This document shows positions 1 to 10,700 of a stretch of 30,448 nt of DNA, in pieces. Within the stretch, counting starts at the first letter, position 1. Each line of letters starts with the position of its first letter. Source of the stretch: Psammoneis japonica (lineage: Eukaryota); assembly GCA_008632985.1 (NCBI GenBank), contig QPGO01000234.1:62001-92448 (forward strand). The letters run 5' to 3'. The position numbers and the translations under genes are program-made. The notes beneath the pieces were generated by a model that did no database searches, was not told where the DNA came from, and saw only the letters and a list, made by a program, of their open reading frames with translations.

Positions 1-776
1 CACGTCGGAATGGCCAGACTAGGCTGATAGTTGGGCTTTCCGTACTTGGCAATCACTGCTGCTGGGCCCTTGCGGTCCTGATATTCGTGCTCGACATTAG
101 GGTCTTGGTTTTCAACTATTAATTCAATCGCATTGTCCAGTTCCTCCTCGCCCAACAGAAACATGTAGGCACCAAGGTTGCAGGCTTCCATGGCCCCCGG
201 TCCGCCTCCAGATGCCACCAAAAAGCCGTTTTTCGCCAGTCGGTGAGCCATTATCGCGACCTCACGGTATGCCGAAGTAGTACGTTTGAGCTGGTGGCCT
301 CCCATGATTGATACCACGGACTTCCCCTCGAGATAATCAAACAGAGCGTCTTGCATAAAGTGATCGTGAATCTGCATTGCCAGCTTTGCATTGAGAGATG
401 TTTTCTCTAGATAAAACTTGTAAATATTTGCATCTGCCTCCTCCAATTCGTCTTGCGTGTACATGAAGGAGCGAAACGCCTTGAACGGAACGTAATCTGG
501 TTGCTTGATGACACGAGCACCACGAGCCCGCATTTCGTCATCTGAGATTGGAATGTTGCATCCGTAAAAGACTGCGCCCTTGAAATTAAACTTATCCCAC
601 ATATCCTTCACTTGCTCATCGTTAAAGTCAATATCAGTAAACGTCCAGCCATCAAAATTGATATCCGATGGACTGCCTTCGAACTGGCGAATCTCAAGCA
701 GAAACTCCTCCAGTGTTTCAATTTCTCCCTCCCCGTTGGATCCCTGGAAAGGCACATTTAAAAACGAATCATTCAT
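1..776 (-). CDS. LOG/SLOG-family Rossmann-fold nucleotide-binding protein, 5' part only (runs off the window)
   Basis: Manual translation from ATG 776 (in-frame TGA upstream at 816-818) is open to the window edge: MNDSFLNVPF...SVVSIMGGHQLKRTTSAYREVAIMAHRLAKNGFLVASGGGPGAMEACNLGAY...SLAIPT. GGGPGxMEA is the LOG/SLOG motif. Absent from the ORF track because it is truncated. Confidence 0.88.
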   Translation of the reverse strand, partial: MNDSFLNVPFQGSNGEGEIETLEEFLLEIRQFEGSPSDINFDGWTFTDIDFNDEQVKDMWDKFNFKGAVFYGCNIPISDDEMRARGARVIKQPDYVPFKAFRSFMYTQDELEEADANIYKFYLEKTSLNAKLAMQIHDHFMQDALFDYLEGKSVVSIMGGHQLKRTTSAYREVAIMAHRLAKNGFLVASGGGPGAMEACNLGAYMFLLGEEELDNAIELIVENQDPNVEHEYQDRKGPAAVIAKYGKPNYQPSLAIPT

Positions 777-1150
777 TTTGGTATAGAGGCGACGCTGCGA
801 CCAATAATGTATGCATCAAGGACTCTTTCATAAGCTGGAGAGACGTTTATCTTGCTGTGTTGTTGTCATGTTGTGATAGTGTGTATGAAACGATTTTGGT
901 GTTGCTGATGCGTTGCCGCGTTTTCAGTCGTGCCTATTGTTGGATGGAGTTCTCATCCGCCATTCAGCATTTCTTCAACATTCAGGTATGAATAATTGGA
1001 ATGAAAAGTGCTCACAAAATTTTCAACATCTCGCATCTCGCATCCCTCTCTTGGAAGTAACCTTACCTGGTAATATTTTCAACATCCCTTATTCTCAAAC
1101 CTGCGTTCTCGCTTCAAAGCTTTTAGTAATCCTCTCTAGAGTAGAAAGAA

Positions 1151-1174
1151 AGAGAGAGAGAGAGAGAGAGAGAG
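1151..1174. repeat. (AG)12 microsatellite
   Basis: Directly visible AG dinucleotide run. Confidence 0.95.
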
Positions 1175-1568
1175 TCTATCACAGCATCTCATGTGGTTGT
1201 CAAACTTTGTAATCCCGAAACCAAACCGCCCGGAAGGTGAAATCGCTCGTCAAAACGCGCAGCGTAGGAATGTCGCGCTCAACTACCGTATGGCAGGGTT
1301 TGCTGGCAGAGTAAGAGGTGACCTGCCATGAGGTGTGGAAAAAAAGGCAGCCACTCTCTGGAGAATGCATCTAGAGAGAAATATGGTAGTGGTTCTATGT
1401 AATGGTTGTTACTGAAATAGCGAAATAGGCAGCCATACCATAATATGTACAGGGATTTTACGCAGGAGAGATGTAGCACTTTTTCTTTGGGCATTTTCTT
1501 TTCTTTCACATGTATCGGCGGTCTGTTTGAAGGTATGAACATAGTCGTTTCTGACCCCAAACTAGCCC

Positions 1569-2444
1569 TCACTCCATGTCCCCATCTTCAAGCTCATGCA
1601 TAGCTTGCTCGACTTCTGGCTTGAATTCGTGGTGGAAAAGATGGTGATTCTCTTCCTGCTGTTCGGGTTTCTTTACCTTGCCACGAACGAATGCGGTCTT
1701 TTTTCCCTTGGCGCTAACGTTTGCTGCTTCTTTCTCGTGCTTTTCGCGCTCGTGGAACAATGTGTCGACTTCGTCGTGAACAACCTTCTCGACAGCGTGC
1801 TCTACTTCCTCGACGGCATGGAGTACTTTCTTCTCTGCGTTTTCCACGGCATTAAATAGCCTGTTCTCAGCCACTTCATAGTCGTCAGGCTCGTTCTTCT
1901 TGCTCACGTTCTTTACCTTTTTGATATCATCCGATTCAGCGGCGTGCTCGTGTCTGTCTCGACAAGCGCAAAAAGTTCCACAAAATTGTGAGCGTGAGGT
2001 ATGAGATTGAATCCTTATCACAAGACGAGATCCTCGGGTATTCCACAGTAGACGGTGAACGATAAAGGACTTACTCGGAATGAATTCCCATATGGTAGGG
2101 TCCTTTCGAGCTGACGTTCTTCACCTTCTTTTGGTCCTCTTTTTCGTCTAGTTCGTGTCTGACCAAAACAAAGAGGCACAGTCTATGAGTTAGTAGCGAT
2201 AAGGCACAAAGGTCAGTCAAAAGGGACCAGTATCGGGGCGACCTCGATCCAGAGCAATCAAAGAGCTCTCATGTGTTGCCTTCGTCGTCGTGAGAAATGC
2301 CAACAATCCGGATCCAGGTCCCGAAAGAACTCACTTGTGGAGACCAAAATCGTACGGAAACAGCGAAAGGTCTGGCGCTCCATAGTATCGAGGCTCAAGA
2401 GCAGCAACGCTAGAGAGGAGGACGGCGGCAAGAATTGTCTTCAT
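1569..2444 (-). CDS. Secreted His/Glu/Lys-rich protein of unknown function, 3 exons (2444-2335, 2158-2075, 1953-1569; 192 aa)
   Basis: Signal-peptide-like start MKTILAAVLLSSVAA. Introns GTGAGT..CAG and GTAAGT..CAG join in phase (110+84+385=579 nt). KKVKNVS is repeated in exons 2 and 3. Confidence 0.8.
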
Positions 2445-3012
2445 GGTGACGGATTTTGATGTTGGTATTGTGTTGTTTGGATTGATTTTGGATTCTTTTG
2501 AGAAGCATCGCGTAGTCGCGACGAGGGTGAGAAAGAAAAGATGCCCGCATTCAAAGTACGATACTGAATTTGTGTAGAATTTTACGTACGGTAACGCGAA
2601 CCCGTGTCAGCTCTCCGCAAATCAGATGACACCGCTGTGATGGCGGGGTTCTGTCTTCAAACCGACGACGCTCCTTCTTGTGGTTGTTGACGTCACCAAG
2701 GTCGCACTGAATCTCATTCGTGGATGAAATGCGAGCCGAGAACTGGCCGAGAATGGTGTCGTTTGCTACCGCGGGCATCCCACCGGTATAGTTAGTCTCT
2801 CTATAGTCTCTAGCTAGAGAGGTAGTCCGCAAGAGAAGCTGCTCCCTGCTTCTATTCTACCGTAGCTAAGCTCTCTAGTCGAGATCGTGGAAAGATAGGC
2901 TAGCCGAAGCTGTTTTAGACACTACTTTGACTTTTTTCTTGAAAGAGCTGAATCGCGCCTTTCCTTCACTGCGATGATTATTCAAAGCGCACAAAACTCA
3001 CTACCAGTGACG

Positions 3013-3879
3013 TCAAATAACACCGACAGCATCCGTAACATCGCATGCAGCCCACCAGGTTTTGAAGTCCTCGTACGTGAGCTCTCCGTTATCGGTTTTT
3101 ACAATCTGCAAAAAAGCGGCCTCGATCTCTCTCCGATTCAAGTCCATGCCCAGACTTTGCGTTAGGTATTTGAACTCCTGTACGTTTAAAGTTCCAGAGC
3201 CGGTTGAATCTGACTCGTGAAATTTTGCAGAGAGCGTATGCTCCGAGTAAAGTTCCTTGCGGAGATCTGAGAGCTTATTGGATGCCTTACGACCAACAAC
3301 AATGTACGTGATGCCGACTATACAAAGAAACACACCCGTGCAAAGATTCAAGAGGGTTCTCTACATTCATTCAGGAAGAGAAGGTTAAGTTACGTAGGGT
3401 ACAAGAATGTCATACCAACAAGTCATAACGGAGCTCACCTGAGAAAACTGAAGGGTTCCAGCAAAGAAGTACAAACAGCCGCGTCCCCAAACGAACTTGG
3501 AAAAAAGAAAGTACTTGTTCAGGAAGTGTTCTAGTCGTTGTGGCTTGGGAACCCTTTTGCTTTCCAAAATTATAATGATAAGCCCCAAAGCAAACGTGTA
3601 AATGTTCAAAAGAGCTGAAAACAGTTGAAAAGAAAACACATTTCGCAGAAACTCAATGGAGCTTGCAACCGTCAACGTGATTCCTCCGAGGAGAGCAAGC
3701 AATCGGATCGACACATCCCCGTCACTGGCCATCTTTTTGAGCTCTTCTGCTTTTTTCTTGGCAAATGCCCCAGCTTTTTCGGCATTCTCTTTCGTCATGG
3801 CCTTTGTTGCCATACCTTGAACGGCATTGAGCCCTTGCAACCCCGAAGACAGCGGGGTGCTTTCACCCGGTTCGTTCAT
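3013..3879 (-). CDS. COPI-associated (TVP15-like) membrane protein with C-terminal EF-hand pair, 2 exons (3879-3439, 3360-3013)
   Basis: Four hydrophobic segments with the motif FLFSKFVWGRGCLYFFAGTLQ. Phase-0 intron GTGAGC..TAG. EF-hand-like loops DSTGSGTLNVQEF and KTDNGELTYEDF. Confidence 0.82.
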
Positions 3880-4290
3880 TTTCTCGAAGTTTGAAACGGC
3901 TCTCGAACTCGTGTTGAACCTTGAAAGGGGAGAAATCAAGTTCCCTCTGCGATCGATAAGACTTTGAGGGATGCCGTATCGGTAAACAACAATTGCTTAG
4001 GAGGAACAATGGGATTGACGGGAGCCGCGTTGTGACATCGTGGAGCGTGGACGGACAAGGTCATACGACTGAGATTTAGGATTCGCAGAAAATCTTGGAT
4101 CTTTTTTTGATTTTTGATCTTTTTTACTGAATCTCAGAATCGATCGAGGGACAGACGACGGAGTGAAAATCGCGCCTGCCCCCATCAATCTCAGCCCATT
4201 GCTCCAACGTCCAACAACAAATGGAAAACACAGCGGTGGCAACACATGTGACATCATCTGTGAGATAGTGAACAGCAAATGTGTTCTACA

Positions 4291-4324
4291 ACACAGCTTC
4301 AACACAAACACAGCTTCAACACAA
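4291..4324. repeat. Perfect 17-bp tandem duplication (acacagcttcaacacaa x2)
   Basis: Copies at 4291-4307 and 4308-4324. Confidence 0.9.
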
Positions 4325-7300
4325 ACTTAAACTGAAATCCCCAGGAGGCTGCACACATCAGCCACACCAGCAAGTCTGAAAAACAGCAAGGTCTCTTGCT
4401 TGCTGTGAGAGCACACAATGCTGGCAGACTCTGTTTTTGAGAAAGATTGATGGTTCCTGTCATTGTTTCATGCCAAATTGTGAGGTGAGGGCTGCTTTTT
4501 GGGGGGCTCAACATGGAGGGGGGCTCGCAGGAGGGTGTGAAGGAGCTCCCTAACCCTGAGACAAGCTGCCTTCTCTCTGACACTCTGAAGCTCTTCTTGT
4601 GTGGCAGGAGGGGCAGGAGCAAGTTGCTCCTCTCAAACAAAGGAAATGATGAGCATCTGATGTGCCACCAAGCCACAAATTCTACCAACCATGAGCAGCA
4701 GCAGAGAACAAAATTCCCCAGCAGCTTTTGCACCTCTTGGCAGCATGCAAAACCCTCAGCTGTGTTGAGGTGGCAAGAATGCATTTTCTCAAGACTGTTC
4801 TTTTGTACACCTGCCTGCATCAATTTGGAAATGTGCTCAGTTTGTGCTCTGGGCTGGTCAACCTGCTTTTTTTTTGCTGCCATTGCTGCAGCCAGTGCTG
4901 TTGTGCCACCAACGAGTGTTGCAGCTGGTGTCTTTTGCAGTGCTCTGCTCCAGAGAGTTGCTCATCTGGGAGAATTTTTTGTCTCTGAAAGCCTGCATCA
5001 GCCCACCATGACAACCACAGCTGATGCCAGCATCCCAGCTCTGAACCTGCCAGCTGGAGCAAATGGGTGGGGACAGCGAGCTCATGCTCAAGTCTCTGCA
5101 GCCCTGGTGCTCCCTGTGTCTTTTGCAAAAAGCCCAGGTGTGTCACCCTTGCTGTTCCCAGGGCTGGAGTCAATCAGCACTGGCAAAATTTTTTCCTCCC
5201 AATGACCCAAATGCTGCAGCATGAATGATGCTGGTGTGTTGTCCAAGGCAACAGCCCATCATTGCTGATGACATGCAGGAGAGTGCAGCGCAGCTCTCCA
5301 TCACAAATTTCTTCTTTGTTGTTTTACCCAAGCAAGAAGCTGTGACAAAAAGGGCTTGTTTTTTGCCTCTGCAGTCTTTCTTGCCACTTCCCTCACATTG
5401 TCATGAAGCATGTTTTGAGCACACAAAGCCATGGGTAGAAAGCTGCCAAGAACTTTGCCAACTTCCTGCTCAATCCTTGCACAGGGACCACACAATGTCC
5501 CCAGCAAGCTTCAACCATTTTCTCAACACACTGGTGTGATGGTTGATGTGTGTGCACAGTGCAACAATGCCAGCCATCATTGCAATCATGACCAACATGC
5601 CAACAGTGTAGCTTTGTGTGTGTGTTGCATCCTTGAAATTGTCCATTTCATGTGAGCACATGATGAGATGGTGTTGCAGCTGCTTGCCAAACTGATGACT
5701 TCAAATGAAGACATCATGATCTTGTGTTGGTGACAACTCACCCACTGTGGTGATGGCTGGCCATGGCCACCCAATGGAAGAAACAAAAGACAGTCTGGAT
5801 GCAAGCAGAAGATGACCTTCTCCTGGAGACTGCTTGCAAATGACAATGTGATCACAACACAGGAGTCAGCAAACTTGACTGGGGTGAAAATGCCCCTGCT
5901 GTTCAAGGCAAAGCCACCTGTGATTGTGCAGTGAGATTGAGAGAGATCCACACTGCAGGGAATTGTTTTGTTGCTGTTGATGAGGTTTGGCAGTTGCACT
6001 CCCCTTGACATGAACAACCCTGTGCTGCTTGCCGATCTTGACAATTGGGTTGCCTGCAAAGCAAAGATGTGTCATCAGAGTGCCCCAGATTTTTGATGCC
6101 ACCATCTCCAATGTGACCCTCCTCATGATCCCAGAGAACTTGTCAGCACAGCAAATGGCGCCCTTCTCAGCCATTCTGCTGCTGCCAACTCCATTGCAAC
6201 TGCAAATGACAGCTCAATCCCCATTGACAAATTTGGAGCTGCCACAAAGGCAGCAAGAGGATGCAACTGCTTGGAGTTCTTGTCCAGGCTGCACCACACA
6301 GGGACTTGACACATTGCATGTGGATGCAGAGCTTCTCACAAAGAGGCTGTGTTGGGGTGCACTGACTCAGAGCAAAAACTTCTAAAGAAACACCCTGGTC
6401 ACCAGAATTTGCTTTGCAGCATTGCATGCATGTCAAACCAAGGTCCCCTGTTTAAAAAGACCCTTGTGTTTCTGTCTTCCTGGTGCATGATCTCAAGGTG
6501 ACTGGAGATTAGACTGCACAAGGGCGCAATGCCACAAGAATTGTTTGCACATCAGCAGCTGTTTCCCAGCAAATTGGGGTGACCAATGTTGCACCAAAGG
6601 ATGCTGAGTTGGCAAGCACCTCCTCTGAAATTGATGCAGCGGTGGCAGGTCTGGCTCCAATGGTTGTGTTTGTGACTTGCTGGCACATTGTGTGCTTCAA
6701 AAAATGGAATTTCAAGTAAAATCAACATCAAACAAATGGCAACCAAGTGGCAATCCAGCAGCACTGGTGGTTTTGGTCTAAGAAAAAGACAGCAGTGCTG
6801 GTGCCTTTTTACTTTTTTCTTTGCCCCAGAAGCTGGTGTTTTCAGGATGTCTTTTGTGGGACATGGCACTTAAAACCAGGAACATGGGCACCCTTTCTTG
6901 CTTTCAAGCTTTCAAGTCATGTGACAATTGGTGTTGAAAGCAAGCTGGATTTTGAATGGCAGCTGGGAGTGGACCAGAGGAACTCAATGATTTGTCCAAC
7001 AAGCAAAAAACAAAACCCACAGGATTGTGTGGCACAGCAAGTTGCCAGAGAGAAAAGCTTTCAACACAACAATGTCTTGAATCATTTTGGATGCAAAAGA
7101 GCAGCAGTGTGACAGTTTGCTCCTTAAATTGGCTCCACAGGTTTCATTTGGCAGGCAGAAGTGCAAAACATTGATGTCCATTCACTCTGGTTGGTTTGGC
7201 AGAGCAGCTGCAACAATGGGGTGATGCCCACCTCAGTCATGACTGCATGTTGGAAGCTGCACATCACAATGCTGCCAATGAACAACATCTTGGTTGTGAC

Positions 7301-10300
7301 AAAGAAGGCAAGTTGCTGGTTGCATTGTTCACTCAGTGTCAGTTGTGCACTGAAAATTGCATGAGCCCACTCATCTCCACTTGTCATTTCTCTTTCTCAT
7401 GAGCAAATGATGACCACACAACAGATGTCAAAATCAAAAAGTGGCATTGTTGGGTTTGACTGGTGCCTGCACCTGCTTCTTGCTCATGTGGTTTGACAGC
7501 ACAGTTGGCAGCTGGTTTGTGTGGAAGGTGCAGCAGCACAAGCACCTGCAACCAAAGGTTGTCAAATCAGCACCACATGCAAGAATGACTTTTTCATGTT
7601 CTCTTAAAATCACTGCTGATGTGCAGCAAAGCCCTCCAGATCACACTCATTCTAAATCAGTTGTGCAAATCTGTCTCTGCAGAAATTCCTCCATTCTGAG
7701 TTGCACAATGTGCAACTTTCAGCAACACTCTCAATGCACATGAAGAAGGCTTGGCATGTGACTTCAGTGCAAAGCAAAGTCCGGTCTTGGTTGACTTCTT
7801 CCCACCCACTTCTCAATTTTCACTTTTCCTCTTTCACAACAAAAACCCAGCATCCCATCCATCCAACAAAACACAACGAAGTGAGGCCATGAGTTGAGTG
7901 TCCCATCCAACATGCTGTGCTGTCTGTTGCCACAAAAACAATCTTGAAACTGAGTGGTGGAGGTGAGTGCGTGGCAGTGCATGGCACAAAACTGGTGCAA
8001 ACTTGTGGCAGTTGATGCAACTCATTTTGAGCAAGGGACACATGACCTCAACAGACTTAAAAAACAGGAGTTGTGGGGAGCATGGCTCTGTGTTGTTGAA
8101 GCTGATGCACCGTGCTTGTGCTTCCACATTGTCACTTTTCACATTGTTTTGAAGATGCCACAAGGGACATCAGATGCCACCATGCAGCCCAACATGCCTT
8201 GCATCATCTGGTGCGGCATTGTCAGACTTGAAGCTGGGAGCCACAGCTCTTGAGTGTGGCTTTGCAAGGTGCAAAAATGAGCTGCACTTGCCCACCTGGT
8301 GCAAGCTGCCTCACAAAAGATCTCCAGATGACCAAACTCATGCAGAAGCAGTGCCAAGGAGCCAGCAGAAATGCCAAGAAAGTCCAGAACATCCAGAAAC
8401 TGCACAGAATTCAGTGCAGAATCAGTGCCAGGGATGTCAAATGATGATCATGAAATTTAGTGCTTTTTTTGGCATTTCTGCTGGTGCCCTGGCACAAATT
8501 TGTCACTCCGGAGTTCTTTTTTGCAGGGCAGCAAGCTCTGTTTTTCTTTCTTTCTTGTCATTCAAAAGGCAAGATGTGGGGTGCGCAAAGGTGCGTGCAC
8601 AATCCAATGTGCTGTGTTCCATTGGAGCTGATGATGTCTAACTGCCTTCTCAAAACAAGCAAAGATGGGCACACTGCAAACAGCAGAAAAGAGCCATCCT
8701 TGCCAAATTCCAATGACATGACCGCTTTTTAGCATTTTTGTCTTTTTCACTTTCTTGTCATTCAAAACAGATGCTGCATGCCTGCAAGCTCAATCAAAAA
8801 ATGCTTGAGCAATGGCTCTGTGTTTTGTGCTCATTCTGCCAACCTTGTGCTGTTTTTTTTGTGTGATTCAAGCAGGAGTCAAGAACTTTGATCTCACAAA
8901 TCATTTGAGGGCATTGGCGCCACTTTGATGCCATGGCTCAACTGACTCAGAAGGCTGCAATGGGACACCCAGAGGGCAAGCCAATGGATCTGTTGGTTGA
9001 GCCAATGAAAAAAAGAACAGCAAACAAAAGCTGTCAAAATGAGCAAATGGGAGAGCTGCAAAACAGTGGACAAAGTGGCTGTCTGGCCATTTGCTTTTGA
9101 AATGAAGTTGACAGCAGCAACAACAGTTGTTGAGAAGCTTGGCCAGTGGACTCCTTCAAATGGCCATGATTTGTCATGTCTTTCCTGCAGGATGACTTGC
9201 ATGGAACAGTCAGGTGATCTGGAAAATCAGCCTTGCATGAGAGCGCAAGCAGCTCACTTTTGTTGCATGGACACTCACAATTTTTTTGCTTGCAGGCCTT
9301 CTTCTGCCCTGGTCTGGCACACAGGGTTTTGCTGCATGGTGCTTCAGGCCCAAAACCAAGTCAGCCTTGCCTCCTCAAATGTTGATGACTTTGGTCAGGA
9401 GTTCACAAGAGCAAGAATGGAGAAAGAAGTAAAATGCAGGGTGGGGACAACAAGAACAGCACACAGCACAACATCACATGCCAACTCAAAGTGTTGCCAA
9501 AAGGCACTGCCACATGCCATGACACAAGTGGCATGCCAACCTGAAACAGACCAGAAGTTGTGTTTCACCCTCAACAGTGCTGTGGTTTGCAGCAGCCCAA
9601 GCATCATTTGATGTGATGCATGTTGGACCCATGGCAAACCTGGCTCAAAGTCTGAGGGACACAACAACAGTTCAAAGCTCAGCGGCACCACTGGAGATGT
9701 GAGCCACCCATGGAACAAATTGTCACAAGCTCTGGTTGTCCTCAAGAAGCCACGGCATTGTGAAAACTCACAACCCATTGAACAACATGTCTTCACAGAA
9801 GGCATTGTCAACTGCCATGAAATTTTCTTCCAAACGGTGGAGCATGGAAAAACAAGAGATGGCACTGCTCTCACAGCTCAATTGCTTCCACCTCTCCCAC
9901 CCTCTGTCCTTCCATCCAACTGTGGGGTTGGGAGAAGGCACCTGCAGCACTGGCAATCTGCTGCATGTAAAAAAAACAAATCCAGACATTGGGTGCTGTC
10001 ACTCCATTGCCAGCTGAGCTGACACTGGCTCACCCACACTCCCAAGGACACTTCTTCAATGCAGCAGGAGCTTGCAGGGGACTGGTGGCCAGAATGGGTG
10101 CCACCAGAAGGTGACACCCCACCAAGACAACTGAAAAGGAATGACTCACATGAGGGATTTGTTGCATGCTTGTTGATGACAGCCACAGAAGGCATGCCAC
10201 AACTGCAAAGGACAAATGCAGTCAGACAGGTTTTTAAAATGGTCCACAAAAGGAGCCTTGAAAGCAAGATGAGCAGGTCATTGGAGAAATCATTTGTTGC

Positions 10301-10301
10301 A

Positions 10302-10700
10302 CATGGAAACAGCACCAGGTCTTGCACAGAAAATCCAATGGGAGCAGCAAACAGATGACAGTCAAATGACATCACAAGATGACCTTGTGTTCTTTGCTGA
10401 AAAGGACAACAACAGAAGCAGCATGTTCACCCCAAAGAGCAAAGGACTTGATTGGATGGCAGAGAAAAGAAGTGGGGTTGAAGACAAACTGGCAAGGACA
10501 AAAGCACCAGTCTGGAGAAGTGACACATGGATTGTCAGTGGCAATGCATGGAAACAATGCCAGATCTTGCACAGAAATGCTGATGGGAGCAGCAAACAGA
10601 CAACAATCAAATGACACACTTTCACCCCAAAGAGCAAACGAAACAGCTGGCAAGGACAAAATCAGTCCGTTGAAGTGACACGCAGATTGTCAGCAGCATC
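10302..10700. repeat. Diverged tandem duplication (~10302-10546 and ~10547-10700, second copy with deletions)
   Basis: Shared blocks: catggaaaca..tcttgcacagaaa..atgggagcagcaaacaga..tcaaatgaca; ttcaccccaaagagcaaa; ctggcaaggacaaaa; gaagtgacac...gattgtcag..gca. Confidence 0.85.

Noticed and set aside
6897..6944. 11-bp inverted repeat cttgctttcaa/ttgaaagcaag
   Set aside because: Short and set in biased low-complexity sequence; no associated function is supportable.
9039..9611. 190-aa ORF with AFEMKL, possibly a PD-(D/E)xK nuclease remnant
   Set aside because: Only three motif-like residues in saturated sequence; no family can be supported without a search.
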